A DNA stretch of 64,000 nucleotides from Thermoflexia bacterium (lineage in GTDB: Bacteria; Chloroflexota; Anaerolineae; B4-G1; SLSP01), in the NCBI GenBank assembly GCA_011192175.1, contig DUEJ01000001.1, positions 3,090 to 67,089 of the forward strand. The letters are read 5' to 3'. The notes beneath the pieces are model-generated. The model made no database searches and was not told the origin of the DNA. It saw only the letters and a program-made list of their open reading frames with translations. Position numbers and translations under genes: made by a program. Positions 9,729 to 19,200 of the stretch are shown here, piece by piece (position 1 is the stretch's first letter; each line of letters opens with the position of its first letter).

Positions 9729-10745
9729 CTACTCCTCTGGGTATCCTGTGGGATTCTGTGTTTGCCATTTCCAGACATCGGCGCACATCTCGGGGAGATT
9801 CTTCTCCGCTTGCCAACCCAGCTCGCGGCTGGCTAGGGTGGGATCGGCGTAAGCCTCGGCGATATCACCGGCGCGGCGCGCCAAGATGCGATAGGGGATC
9901 TCGCGCCCGGCCACCTTTTCGAAGGCCCGCAGCACTTCCAGCACGCTGTACCCGCGCCCCGTGCCCAAGTTGTAGGTCACGATGCCGGGATTTTCCGCTA
10001 ACTTCGCCAACGCCTGCAGATGGCCTTGCGCCAAATCTACCACATGGATGTAATCGCGCACGCCGGTGCCATCTCTGGTAGAATAATCGTCGCCAAAGAC
10101 ACGGAGATAGTCCAGCTTCCCGACGGCGACTTGGGCGATGTAAGGCACCAAATTATTGGGGATGCCGGTGGGGTCTTCGCCTATCCGCCCGCTGGGATGC
10201 GCGCCTACCGGGTTGAAGTAACGCAGCAGCGCGATGTTCCACGCTGCATCCGCGCGGTAGAGAGCGCGCAAAATTTCTTCGATCATCAACTTGGAGTGTC
10301 CGTAGGGGTTGGTAGCCGAGAGCGGGAAATCTTCGCGGATGGGCACGCTCTGGGGATCGCCGTAAACGGTGCAGGAGGAGCTGAAGACGAGGTCTTTAAC
10401 GTTGTGTGCGCGCATCACCTCGCAGAGAATCAAAGTGCCGGTGACGTTGTTATGGAAGTAGCGTAACGGTTGTGCAACGGATTCCCCAACCGCCTTTAGC
10501 CCGGCAAAGTGGATCACGGCGTCGATGCCGGTTCCCGCGAAGACGGCGTTCAAGGCTTCCTGGTCGCGCAGATCCACCTGGTGAAATTCCACCGGCTTAC
10601 CCGTCAGCTCCTCCACTCTGCGCAGCGCTTCCGCTTTGCTGTTGACGAGGTTATCCACGACGCTGATCTCATAGCCGGCCTCTAATAATTCCACGCAGGT
10701 ATGACTTCCGATGTAGCCGGCCCCGCCGGTGACTAGAATTTTCAT
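9729..10745 (-). CDS. galE: UDP-glucose 4-epimerase
   Basis: [46 protein letters not shown]. Confidence 0.96.
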   Translation of the reverse strand: MKILVTGGAGYIGSHTCVELLEAGYEISVVDNLVNSKAEALRRVEELTGKPVEFHQVDLRDQEALNAVFAGTGIDAVIHFAGLKAVGESVAQPLRYFHNNVTGTLILCEVMRAHNVKDLVFSSSCTVYGDPQSVPIREDFPLSATNPYGHSKLMIEEILRALYRADAAWNIALLRYFNPVGAHPSGRIGEDPTGIPNNLVPYIAQVAVGKLDYLRVFGDDYSTRDGTGVRDYIHVVDLAQGHLQALAKLAENPGIVTYNLGTGRGYSVLEVLRAFEKVAGREIPYRILARRAGDIAEAYADPTLASRELGWQAEKNLPEMCADVWKWQTQNPTGYPEE

Positions 10746-10852
10746 AGTTTCTCCCTCTGGTGTTTAGCAATAGTTGATTATCAAGTTACTACTCGACTAG
10801 CCCCAGGTAGAACATAGCCAGATACCCTCCAGGACGCAGATAAATGTCAGTC

Positions 10853-10908
10853 AGCCTGGCGACTGAAGTCGCGGCTACCCTCGCGAAGTCCACCTACGGG
10901 GACTAGTG
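10853..10908 (-). repeat. REP-like double-hairpin repeat, copy 2
   Basis: Direct repeat of 7487-7542. Confidence 0.8.
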
Positions 10909-11019
10909 AGCAGTCGGCGGATGGTAGCCCCCTGCTCATTTTACACTTGACAGAACACTAGCGGTTAAGTTTCAAATCTCAGTGCTCTTCCATGCCTCCG
11001 TGATGAAATCTTGGTATCT

Positions 11020-11964
11020 TCAGCGCCGGGGCGGTTGGATATCGATAGCTGCGCCCACATCGTAGGTATCGTACAGTAGGTTGATATCACCGGCGCCCGC
11101 GTAGTAGCCCTCGAAAGTACCGCTGCCGGTAAAGGTATAGCGCACCACGTAACCGCCTTGCAGGGCGACGTAGATGTCGCCGGCCCCGCTTACAGTTCCA
11201 CACTCAGCAGGCAGATTGTCGGCAGCGTAATGGTAATGTGCAGTTGCGATTCCGTTGATATTCTCCTCGCCGACGCGCGTGAAAGCGGGTACGTAAGGCA
11301 GGAAGTCTCCGACTTCGAAAGCTTGCTCCTCAAATTGAGCTGCGGCCACTTCCTCCGGCACCGGTAGCCACGGTTGATTCCCTATTTTTACCCAAGCCCG
11401 GTTGCCGATCCAGATAAATTGGAGCTGATTGGCAGGCAGATACTGCGCGTTCGGCCCTTCCGCACGCAACGTGATCTGGATGGCGGATTGCGGCGGATTG
11501 ACGTCTGCCTCGTAGCTGTACGTCCCGGCTGTTCCTTGCCCCGTAAATTGCACGCTGAGACGTTGGCGAAAGGTTCCCAGATTGCTCAATCCTCCCGCAG
11601 TGGGATCCAACGTGGCAATCATCAACTCTGGGATCTCTGCTGCGGCCAGCTCCAGGGGATCGCTGCCAGCGGGAATCTCGGTAGGAATCTCGACTGGCGC
11701 CTCTGGCGTCTCCGGTTCCACCGCGGCCGGCGCTACGGTAGGCAGCGATGGCGGAACTTCGGGGGGAGTAATGGTCGCTTCCACCTCTTCTGCGGGGGGC
11801 TGCTCCTCCAACGGGAGCGCGGTGGCGCTGGTCGCGGGAGTGCTTTCCGGGGTCTCTTCCGTCTCGGCCAGCGGGCCGTCGACGTCTACTTGACCACTCA
11901 CAGAACACGCCAAACTGCTAATCAAGAGTAAACTTATGATCGCGAAAACGATTTTGCTGCGCAT
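11020..11964 (-). CDS. Lipoprotein with Pro/Glu/Thr-rich linker and probable LppX/LolA-like beta domain
   Basis: Lipobox SLAC, low-complexity linker, VGEENINGIATAHYHY-type beta domain. Confidence 0.65.
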   Translation of the reverse strand: MRSKIVFAIISLLLISSLACSVSGQVDVDGPLAETEETPESTPATSATALPLEEQPPAEEVEATITPPEVPPSLPTVAPAAVEPETPEAPVEIPTEIPAGSDPLELAAAEIPELMIATLDPTAGGLSNLGTFRQRLSVQFTGQGTAGTYSYEADVNPPQSAIQITLRAEGPNAQYLPANQLQFIWIGNRAWVKIGNQPWLPVPEEVAAAQFEEQAFEVGDFLPYVPAFTRVGEENINGIATAHYHYAADNLPAECGTVSGAGDIYVALQGGYVVRYTFTGSGTFEGYYAGAGDINLLYDTYDVGAAIDIQPPRR

Positions 11965-12121
11965 TACAACACCTCACTAAATCTATAAATTGTATCTACT
12001 CGGCCACCTTACCAAACTCCAGAACGGACGCCAATTTACGCTAATGTTAGTAGCCTTTGGCGTTAATTCGCGTGAATTAGCGGTTAGAAAGTATCGTTAG
12101 CGAAAGGCCTAGTTATAATAC

Positions 12122-12354
12122 TGACTCCACTGGAAAGTGGTTATTTTACCACAGCGCCACAGAGAAGGAGAGTTAAGTTTTCTAGATGTTGAGCCTAAGC
12201 ATCTGACATTTTCAAAAATAGGACGCGGATAAACGCGAATTTCCCTTTCGCTTTTAGCTGACAAAGCATTCTTTAGGGTATTTTCCGCACTTATCCGTGT
12301 CCTAACGTCTGGAACTGTCAGGTAGCTAAATGTGGTGAAATTTTTAGTAGACTC
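12122..12354. repeat. Four concentric imperfect inverted-repeat pairs
   Basis: gactccactggaaa/ttttagtagactc; tttaccaca/tgtggtgaaa; agcatctgaca/tgtcaggtagct; taggacgcggataa/ttatccgtgtccta. Confidence 0.7.
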
Positions 12355-12366
12355 CCAGTCACTCGC

Positions 12367-12735
12367 TCAAGTAAAATATGAATTTACTCGCTGAATTAGG
12401 GTCAACGCTCTGACTGGTTTGGAGAGATAATCGTCACAGCCCGCCGCCAAAAATCGTTCGCGGTCCCCCACCATGGCAGACGCGGTTAAGGCGATTACCG
12501 GGATATTCTGGTAAGCCTCTGAGGCCTTGAGTCGCCCTACGATCTCAAGGCCATCTATACCAGGTAAGCTGATATCTAATAAGACCAGATCAGGAACCAC
12601 ATCTTTGATCATCTGTAAGCCCCCCAAACCATCTTCCGCTTCGTAGATTTGGTACCCCTGCGTGAGCAAGATTTTACGGACAATGCGGCGATTGTGGTAA
12701 TTATCCTCCACGTGGACAATGATGCGATTGTTCAT
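12367..12735 (-). CDS. Single-domain response regulator (DivK-like)
   Basis: VEDN, LLDISLPGIDG, ALTASAM, SKP. Confidence 0.92.
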   Translation of the reverse strand: MNNRIIVHVEDNYHNRRIVRKILLTQGYQIYEAEDGLGGLQMIKDVVPDLVLLDISLPGIDGLEIVGRLKASEAYQNIPVIALTASAMVGDRERFLAAGCDDYLSKPVRALTLIQRVNSYFT

Positions 12736-12744
12736 ATTCGTGAT

Positions 12745-14835
12745 TTACTCCAACAATAAATCTTCGACATAAGTCAGCAGCGCGGCGCGATTCAAAGTGC
12801 TCTTGGGCCAGACGGAATCCACCTGTGCGGATAAGAATTTTTTCTCTGCGATGGTCAACTCTTTGCCCGTGACCACCAATATGAGGAGATCAGCGCCAGC
12901 TGGCTGCGATTGTAGATCTTCGAGGAATTCTAATCCAGTTATATCGGGAAGAACTAAATCTAGCACCACCAACGCCGGCGGATTTTTCTTAATGGCCGCC
13001 CAGGCGTCATTGGCCGAATAGACTTCGGTGACAGCGAAACGCGGTTGAGATTCAAAAAGGCGCCCCATCAATCGCGCCTCCCAGACATTATCCTCGATTA
13101 CCAATATATGTTTATAGTCCCCTACGCCAAAAGACTTGACCAGTTTTTCGTGTTCTTTCAGCGGCGCTTGGTCAAGTAACCGGGCCAATTCATCAGGCTG
13201 GGCGCCTAAGATTCCCGTCACATGTCGGGCCAACTCCCGCGTACTGAAACTGCCTTTCTGCCAGACCGAATCAGTATAACGTTGTAGGTAGGCTTCCTCT
13301 TGCAACGTCAACGATTTTGCAGAGATGACGACAACCGGAATATCTTGGGTGCGTTCATCTGTTTTGAGCTCCGCGAGGATAGAGAACCCATCCATCTCTG
13401 GCAGAGTGAGATCCAGGAGCACCAAATCCGGCTGCCGTTGCTGTACCAGAGCTAGCCCATCCATGCCGTTATAGGCTTGGAAAACGCGATAGTTTTTATA
13501 GCTCTGCAATAGACGCCGGATTAGCCGGCTATCGTGAGGGTTATCGTCAATGACCACTAACGAGGTGATCTGCTCATCTAAGCGTTCTAAAGCCGCCGCC
13601 AAGCCCTCTTTGGGGATGGCGCCTGTCGCTGGCGACGAGGGTGTTTTTAGATGCAGTAAATAGCGGTCTTCTAGGGCGTGTTTCTCGGCGGTGAAGGTAT
13701 GCCCGGAGCAGTTGACCACCACACATTCCCCAGCCTGGATGTATCCCCGCGCGAGCAGCTTCTCCAGACCGGCAAAGGCGACGCTGGCCGCCGGCTCCAT
13801 GGAGATGCCTTCGGTGCGCGCTACCCAGCGCATGGCTCGAAAAGCCTCGCCATCACTTACCGAGACCATCGCGCCGCCATACTGATCCGCTGCGCGCTTG
13901 AGGATCTTGTAAGCCATCCCTGGCGCTCCGGTAGCCAGCACGGTGATTAAACTATCTGGCTGCACAGGCATAGCTGCGTCCAGATTCTGCTCCCACGCTT
14001 GCACCATCGGCGAACAACCGGCGGTCTGCACCACGCCGATCTTGGGAATACGATCAATGATCCCGGCCGCGTACAGCTCGGTAAACCCTTTGAGCACGCC
14101 CAAAGGCCCAATCCCGCCGGAGACGGCTTGTAAATACCAATCAGGGGCACGCCAACCTAGTTGCTCCACGATCTCGAAGGCGATGGTTTTCATGCTCTCT
14201 TTACAAGGAATGGCCTTGGCCCCGCGTTCTAGCGCCAGGTTATGCCGGGCGGCGAAGTCCGCGGCCACTTGTTTGGCTTGATCATAAGTGCCAGAGACTT
14301 TGATCACTTCAATGCCATAGAGCGCCAGCTCCCGCATTTTTTCTACGGGCACGCTGCTGGAGAGGAAAACCCAGAGTTTGATGCCCGCTCTCACCGTATA
14401 AGCCGCGTAGGCCGCCGCAGCGTTGCCGGTGGAAGCCATTACCACCTCAGCGATTCCCTGGTCATAGAGCGCGCTCACGGCAAAGGTCGCCTGCCGATCT
14501 TTGAAGGAGCCGGTCGGTTGTTGCCGCTCATCCTTGATCCAGATGCTGTCGTGCTGGAGCTCCCGTTCCAACCCGACGGCGCGCGTCAAAGGCGTCCAAC
14601 CTTCACCCAAAGTGAAGATATGGAAATCAGCTGGAAAAGGGAGTAATTCCCGATAACGCCAGAGCGTAGCCGGCCTTGTTTTGACCAGCGCCGGCCAATC
14701 AGCCGGCAGGGCCGCGAGATCATAAACTGCATCCATCCACCCCCCGCCGCATTCTGGACAGCTGGCGATGTCAGGATCGGGTGCCATCTCGTGACCACAG
14801 GCTAGACAACGGACTGCTTTCAGTAGAGTTCTCAT
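12745..14835 (-). CDS. Threonine-synthase-like PLP-dependent enzyme fused to two C-terminal receiver domains
   Basis: N-terminal CxxC...CxxC, TLGEGWTPL, PTGSFKDR (PLP Lys), ASTGN, MEPAAS; REC1 IDDN/LLDLTLP/ISAK/WQKG; REC2 IEDN/VLDLVLP/VTGK/WPKS. Confidence 0.88.
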   Translation of the reverse strand: MRTLLKAVRCLACGHEMAPDPDIASCPECGGGWMDAVYDLAALPADWPALVKTRPATLWRYRELLPFPADFHIFTLGEGWTPLTRAVGLERELQHDSIWIKDERQQPTGSFKDRQATFAVSALYDQGIAEVVMASTGNAAAAYAAYTVRAGIKLWVFLSSSVPVEKMRELALYGIEVIKVSGTYDQAKQVAADFAARHNLALERGAKAIPCKESMKTIAFEIVEQLGWRAPDWYLQAVSGGIGPLGVLKGFTELYAAGIIDRIPKIGVVQTAGCSPMVQAWEQNLDAAMPVQPDSLITVLATGAPGMAYKILKRAADQYGGAMVSVSDGEAFRAMRWVARTEGISMEPAASVAFAGLEKLLARGYIQAGECVVVNCSGHTFTAEKHALEDRYLLHLKTPSSPATGAIPKEGLAAALERLDEQITSLVVIDDNPHDSRLIRRLLQSYKNYRVFQAYNGMDGLALVQQRQPDLVLLDLTLPEMDGFSILAELKTDERTQDIPVVVISAKSLTLQEEAYLQRYTDSVWQKGSFSTRELARHVTGILGAQPDELARLLDQAPLKEHEKLVKSFGVGDYKHILVIEDNVWEARLMGRLFESQPRFAVTEVYSANDAWAAIKKNPPALVVLDLVLPDITGLEFLEDLQSQPAGADLLILVVTGKELTIAEKKFLSAQVDSVWPKSTLNRAALLTYVEDLLLE

Positions 14836-14860
14836 AGTTGGCTTCCCTGAAAAAAATTAT

Positions 14861-15000
14861 CTTGCCGCCAAGACGCTAAGAAAATTCTATTTCCTGAAGG
14901 TTGATTTTCAAATCTTTGCGTCTTAGCGGTGAAATTCTTGGTTTTTGCAACAGACTCAAGTTTCAAATCTTGGTGATCTCTGGGCCTCTGCGATGAAGTT
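14861..15000. repeat. Composite dispersed repeat
   Basis: ccgccaagacgctaagaaaa...ttttcaaatctttgcgtcttagcgg, then tttttgcaacagactcaagtttcaaatct; same modules at 1093-1233 and 36366-36540. Confidence 0.7.
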
Positions 15001-15029
15001 CTTACCTGGCGCTTCCTCCATCAAATTTT

Positions 15030-16091
15030 TTACTCAATGCTCAACACGCTATAAGCTGTGATCGGATGGCTGAACCCCTTGTAATGGAACGGTGCAAGAG
15101 CGGCGGTCTCTATCTGCCCTTGTAGGTAGAGATTGGTCTCTTCATCAATCAATATCTGCCCCACAGAGGCATGTTCTTGCAAGCGTTTGGCTAAATTGGG
15201 GATGTTTCCGATGACCGTGTAATCCATGAATTGGTTGGTGCCCACATTTCCAACAATGGCTTCCCCCGTGCAGAGGCCAATGCCCAGCCCTAGTTCATGA
15301 AGCTCCGGGTACTCAGTTCTCAGGGCGGCGAAACTCTTTTGCATCATCCAGGCTGAGTGTACCGCGTTTTTGACACTATCCGCACTGGCGAGCGGAGCGC
15401 CGTAAAGGGCCATGATAGCATCCCCCAGATATTTATCTAGGGTGCCCTGATACGTAAAAACCAGCGGGGTTAAATACCCAAAAATCTTATTTAATATCAG
15501 AATAACCTCTCTGGCCTTCCTGCTCTCCGAAAACGGGGTAAAACCTCGAATATCAGCGAAAAGGACACTGACAACGCCCACTTCCCCGCCCAGTTTTAGA
15601 CGTTGTTCTGGATCATCTATGATCTGCAAGGCTACTTCTTTGGAAATATAACGCATCAAGATGCGTTCCAACAGGGCATTCTTAGCTTCTACTTCATCAT
15701 GGAGTTTTTTGATACGGAGCAGGGAACGAACACGCGCTAATAATTCCACGGCATGAAAGGGTTTGGTGAGGAAATCATCGGCCCCGGCTTCTAAGCCTCT
15801 GACCTTATCTTGTAACTCATGTAACGCGGTGAGCATCAAGATGGGGCAAAAGCAGTTTCCTGGGTCGGCGCGCAGCGTGCGCGCTACTTCGAATCCCGTC
15901 ATGCTCGGCATCATCGCATCTAATAGAATCAGATCAGGAGCTGTACGGTTCACTTTTTCCAACGCCTCAGGGCCAGAAAAGGCAGCGATAACCTCGTATC
16001 CTTCTCCGCGCAAGAGCGATTGCACCATCTCATTGCTCTGTCTATTATCATCAACCACCAAGACACGGGAAACATCACCTGAAGAACTCAT
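15030..16091 (-). CDS. Response-regulated class III adenylate cyclase (REC + cyclase)
   Basis: Receiver domain, then FADIRGFT, DKYLGDAIMA, DYTVIGNIPNLAKRLQ; the Lys/Asp pair indicates ATP specificity. Start set to ATG 16091. Confidence 0.9.
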   Translation of the reverse strand: MSSSGDVSRVLVVDDNRQSNEMVQSLLRGEGYEVIAAFSGPEALEKVNRTAPDLILLDAMMPSMTGFEVARTLRADPGNCFCPILMLTALHELQDKVRGLEAGADDFLTKPFHAVELLARVRSLLRIKKLHDEVEAKNALLERILMRYISKEVALQIIDDPEQRLKLGGEVGVVSVLFADIRGFTPFSESRKAREVILILNKIFGYLTPLVFTYQGTLDKYLGDAIMALYGAPLASADSVKNAVHSAWMMQKSFAALRTEYPELHELGLGIGLCTGEAIVGNVGTNQFMDYTVIGNIPNLAKRLQEHASVGQILIDEETNLYLQGQIETAALAPFHYKGFSHPITAYSVLSIE

Positions 16092-16239
16092 ATACACCTT
16101 TTCCTGTCTCAAGTCAAAAGTCGAAGGTCGCAAATTGGAGGGCGCTACTCAAACTACCGGCCTCGGCTGGTTGCTCTCATCAGACGCCCTCAGTCAGCGA
16201 CTTGAGACGGGTCCCAGCACAGCGGCAGGGAGGCTCTTC

Positions 16240-16285
16240 CTCGCTCCTCTCGCTTTCTCGCCTTCTCGCCCTCTCGCTTTCTCGC
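16240..16285. repeat. Octamer tandem array (ctcgcYNN)n abutting the kinase stop codon
   Basis: ctcgctcct ctcgcttt ctcgcctt ctcgccct ctcgcttt ctcgc. Confidence 0.8.
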
Positions 16286-19200
16286 CTATGTTTCCAGCGG
16301 TAGCCACACTGTGAAAGTGCTTCCTGCTCCCAATGCACTCTCAACTTCAATCCGGCCGCTGTGCATTTGAATCAACTGTTTGGTGATCGAAAGCCCCAAA
16401 CCGGTGCCCTCCACCTGCCGCGTGCTGGAACCATCTGCCTGACGGAAGCGGTCGAAGATTTTAACTTGATCTGCTGCGCTGATACCAATTCCCGTATCTT
16501 CAACAGCAATGCAGAGCCAGCGACGGCTTTGCTGGTAAGCTCTTACTTTCACGTACCCCGTTTCGGTGAATTTCTCAGAGTTACCCACCAGGTTATTGAG
16601 GATTTGATGTAAGCGCACGCGGTCGGCCCGAATAAGCGGCAGGTCATCTTCTATCTCTATCAGAAACTCGACCGGGCTGGTAGCAAAGAGGCTAGCGTTG
16701 CTGGTTTCTAAATCTGCTAGAACCTGGGCCACGTTCACATTCTCTGCCAGATTTAAGGTCATCTGTCTGGCCTCGATCTTAGCCAGATCCAGGATATCGT
16801 TGATCATGTTCAGTAGGTGTTGCCCATTTTCGTAGATGGCTTGTACATCTTTGAGCGTCTCATCGTCCAGGGAGCCATCTATGCCCATCATCATGATTTC
16901 GGCATAACCGATGATGGAGTTGAGCGGGGTGCGCAGTTCATGGCTCATATTGGCTAAGAACTCGCTCTTGAGACGATCCACCTCCCGCAAGCGCTCGGTG
17001 GTCTGCCGGAGCTCCTCTACAAAGTCAGCGTTCTGCAGCGCGGTGGCGAGTTGTCCCGCCAGCGTGCTAAAGACGTCCAGGTCGGCCTGGGTAAAGTAGT
17101 TGACTTGATCGTGCTGCACATCAAAGACGCCCAACACCTGCTCGCCGGCCACCAATGGCACGGCCACCTCTGATTTAGTATCCGGAAGCAATGGGTTAGG
17201 CATAAAGCGGGGATTGGTCGTCACGTCGTCTACCACCACGATTTCCCTGTTCCGCGCGGCCTGCGCTACCAAACTGGCGGGGTGCGCCAACGGGATGTTA
17301 TGGCCCACTGCTAACATCTTCGCGCCAGGTTCGCCGTACCCGGCCCGTAGTTTGAGCGTTTCCTCTTCTAGGGTGTAAACATGAGCGTAGTAGAGATTAA
17401 AGCGCTCCTTGAGTAGCGGGATCACCGTATTTAACAACTTGTCTGGATCTAAAATCTCGCTCACCTGTCCGGCGATGTCGGCGGCAGTGCGCAGTTGGCG
17501 GGTAAAGCGCTCGCGCTCGGCTTCTGCTTCCTTGCGCTCAGTGATGTCGCGGACGGTGCCGATTAAACCCACCAGTTGACCAGCTTCGTTCTTGATAATC
17601 GTAGTGGTCATTAAAGTGGGGAAGGTCTGGCCATCTCTGGTAACATGTCCAACCTCACCCTGGTGTGAACCCTGCGCCATCGCTTGCTCGTTGAAAGCAA
17701 CCACCTCTTCTTCTAACTGTTCGGCAGTGTGGAAAATGCTCAGGGGTTTGCCCATCAATGTAGTTGGATTATCATAGCCGTGCATCTTGGCCCAGGCGGA
17801 GTTGACAAATAAGATATTGCCTTCCAAATCGATGAGGGCGATGCCATCGCCTACCTGCTCCACGGCACTATTTAACCGCAACAAGTCTTCCTCTCTCGCC
17901 TTGCGCTCAGTAATATCACGGACCATCACCACCATGTGCGTGGGAGTCTCGGTGGCATCGCGGATCATAAAGACGGTGGCGTTGGCCTCAAACACCGTGC
18001 CATCATCTAACCGTTTTTGGAATACATCACCCTGCCAACCCGTAGCCAGGGTTTGGGGTAATACCGTCTCCGCCAGATAGGGCAGATCTTCTTCCCGCCA
18101 GAACTCGGTGCCTAGATGGGTAGTCATTTCGATGTCCCCGTAGAGCTCGCGGGCTGCGGGATTGGCGTACAGTACTTGATTATCTCCGGGATCTACCATC
18201 ACGATCGCATCGTTAGAGGTCTCCGCCATGGTTTGGAAAATCAGGATTTGCTTTTCCGCCCGCTGTTGCGCCTCGAAGGCTTGCGCGTTCTGCAACGCGG
18301 TGGCGAGCTGCCCAGCCAGAATGAGGTAGGTATCCACATCTTTCTCGGCAAAGCGTCCCAACTGATCATCTTGCAGATCCATCACCCCCAGCACCTCGCC
18401 GCCGGCGATCAGCGGCACGGCCAGCTCGGAGCGGGTCTGCGGGAGCAGGGGATTAGGCATGAAATCAGAATCCAACGTGGTATCTGTCACCAATGCCGGC
18501 GCCTGTCCTCGCGCGGCGCGCGCCACCAGGCTCTTCTCGCGTTCCAGGGGGATTTGATGTCCACGCTCGCACAGTACCCGCCCGACCTCCCCGGAGCCGG
18601 CTTGTACTACCAACTGGCGGGTCTCTTTATTCAAGAGGTAAATATGGGCATGATAGAGTCCAAAACGGCTCCGTAGCAACTCCACTACCTGTTGTAAGAG
18701 TTCTTCGGTATCTAGGATAGTACCGATCCGGCGCGCGATCTCGGCTACAGTGCGGAGTTGCGTGGTGAAAACAGTTAAGGATTCTTGTTGCTCGGTAATG
18801 CGTTCCAATAGCTCACTGTTTTCCAGGAGGAAAGAGACTTGATCAACCATCGCTTGGAAGAGCTCTACCGTATGAGAGGTAAAACGTCCCGGCGAGCGGG
18901 CTTGCGCGTCCAGCACTCCGAGTGCCTCGTCCCCGACTCTCAGCGGCACCACCAACTCTGACCGTGTCTCGGGAAGCAAGGGGTTGGGCATAAAGTTGGG
19001 GGCGGTGCTCGTGTCGTCCACCAGCACCGGCTCCCCGGTGTGAATGGCTTTTGTTACCAGTGACGTAGCCTCTAACGGGATCTGGTGTTTTTTCTGGAGC
19101 AACTGCCGCCCGGCGTAACCGGTGGATTGGCGCAGCACCGCCGCGTCCCGTTCCTTGTCTACGAGATAGATTTGGACGTGGTAGAGGTCAAACTGGTCAC

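Noticed and set aside
12745..14835. Assigning the symbol thrC
   Set aside because: The fold is ThrC-like, but the REC fusions and context leave the substrate uncertain.
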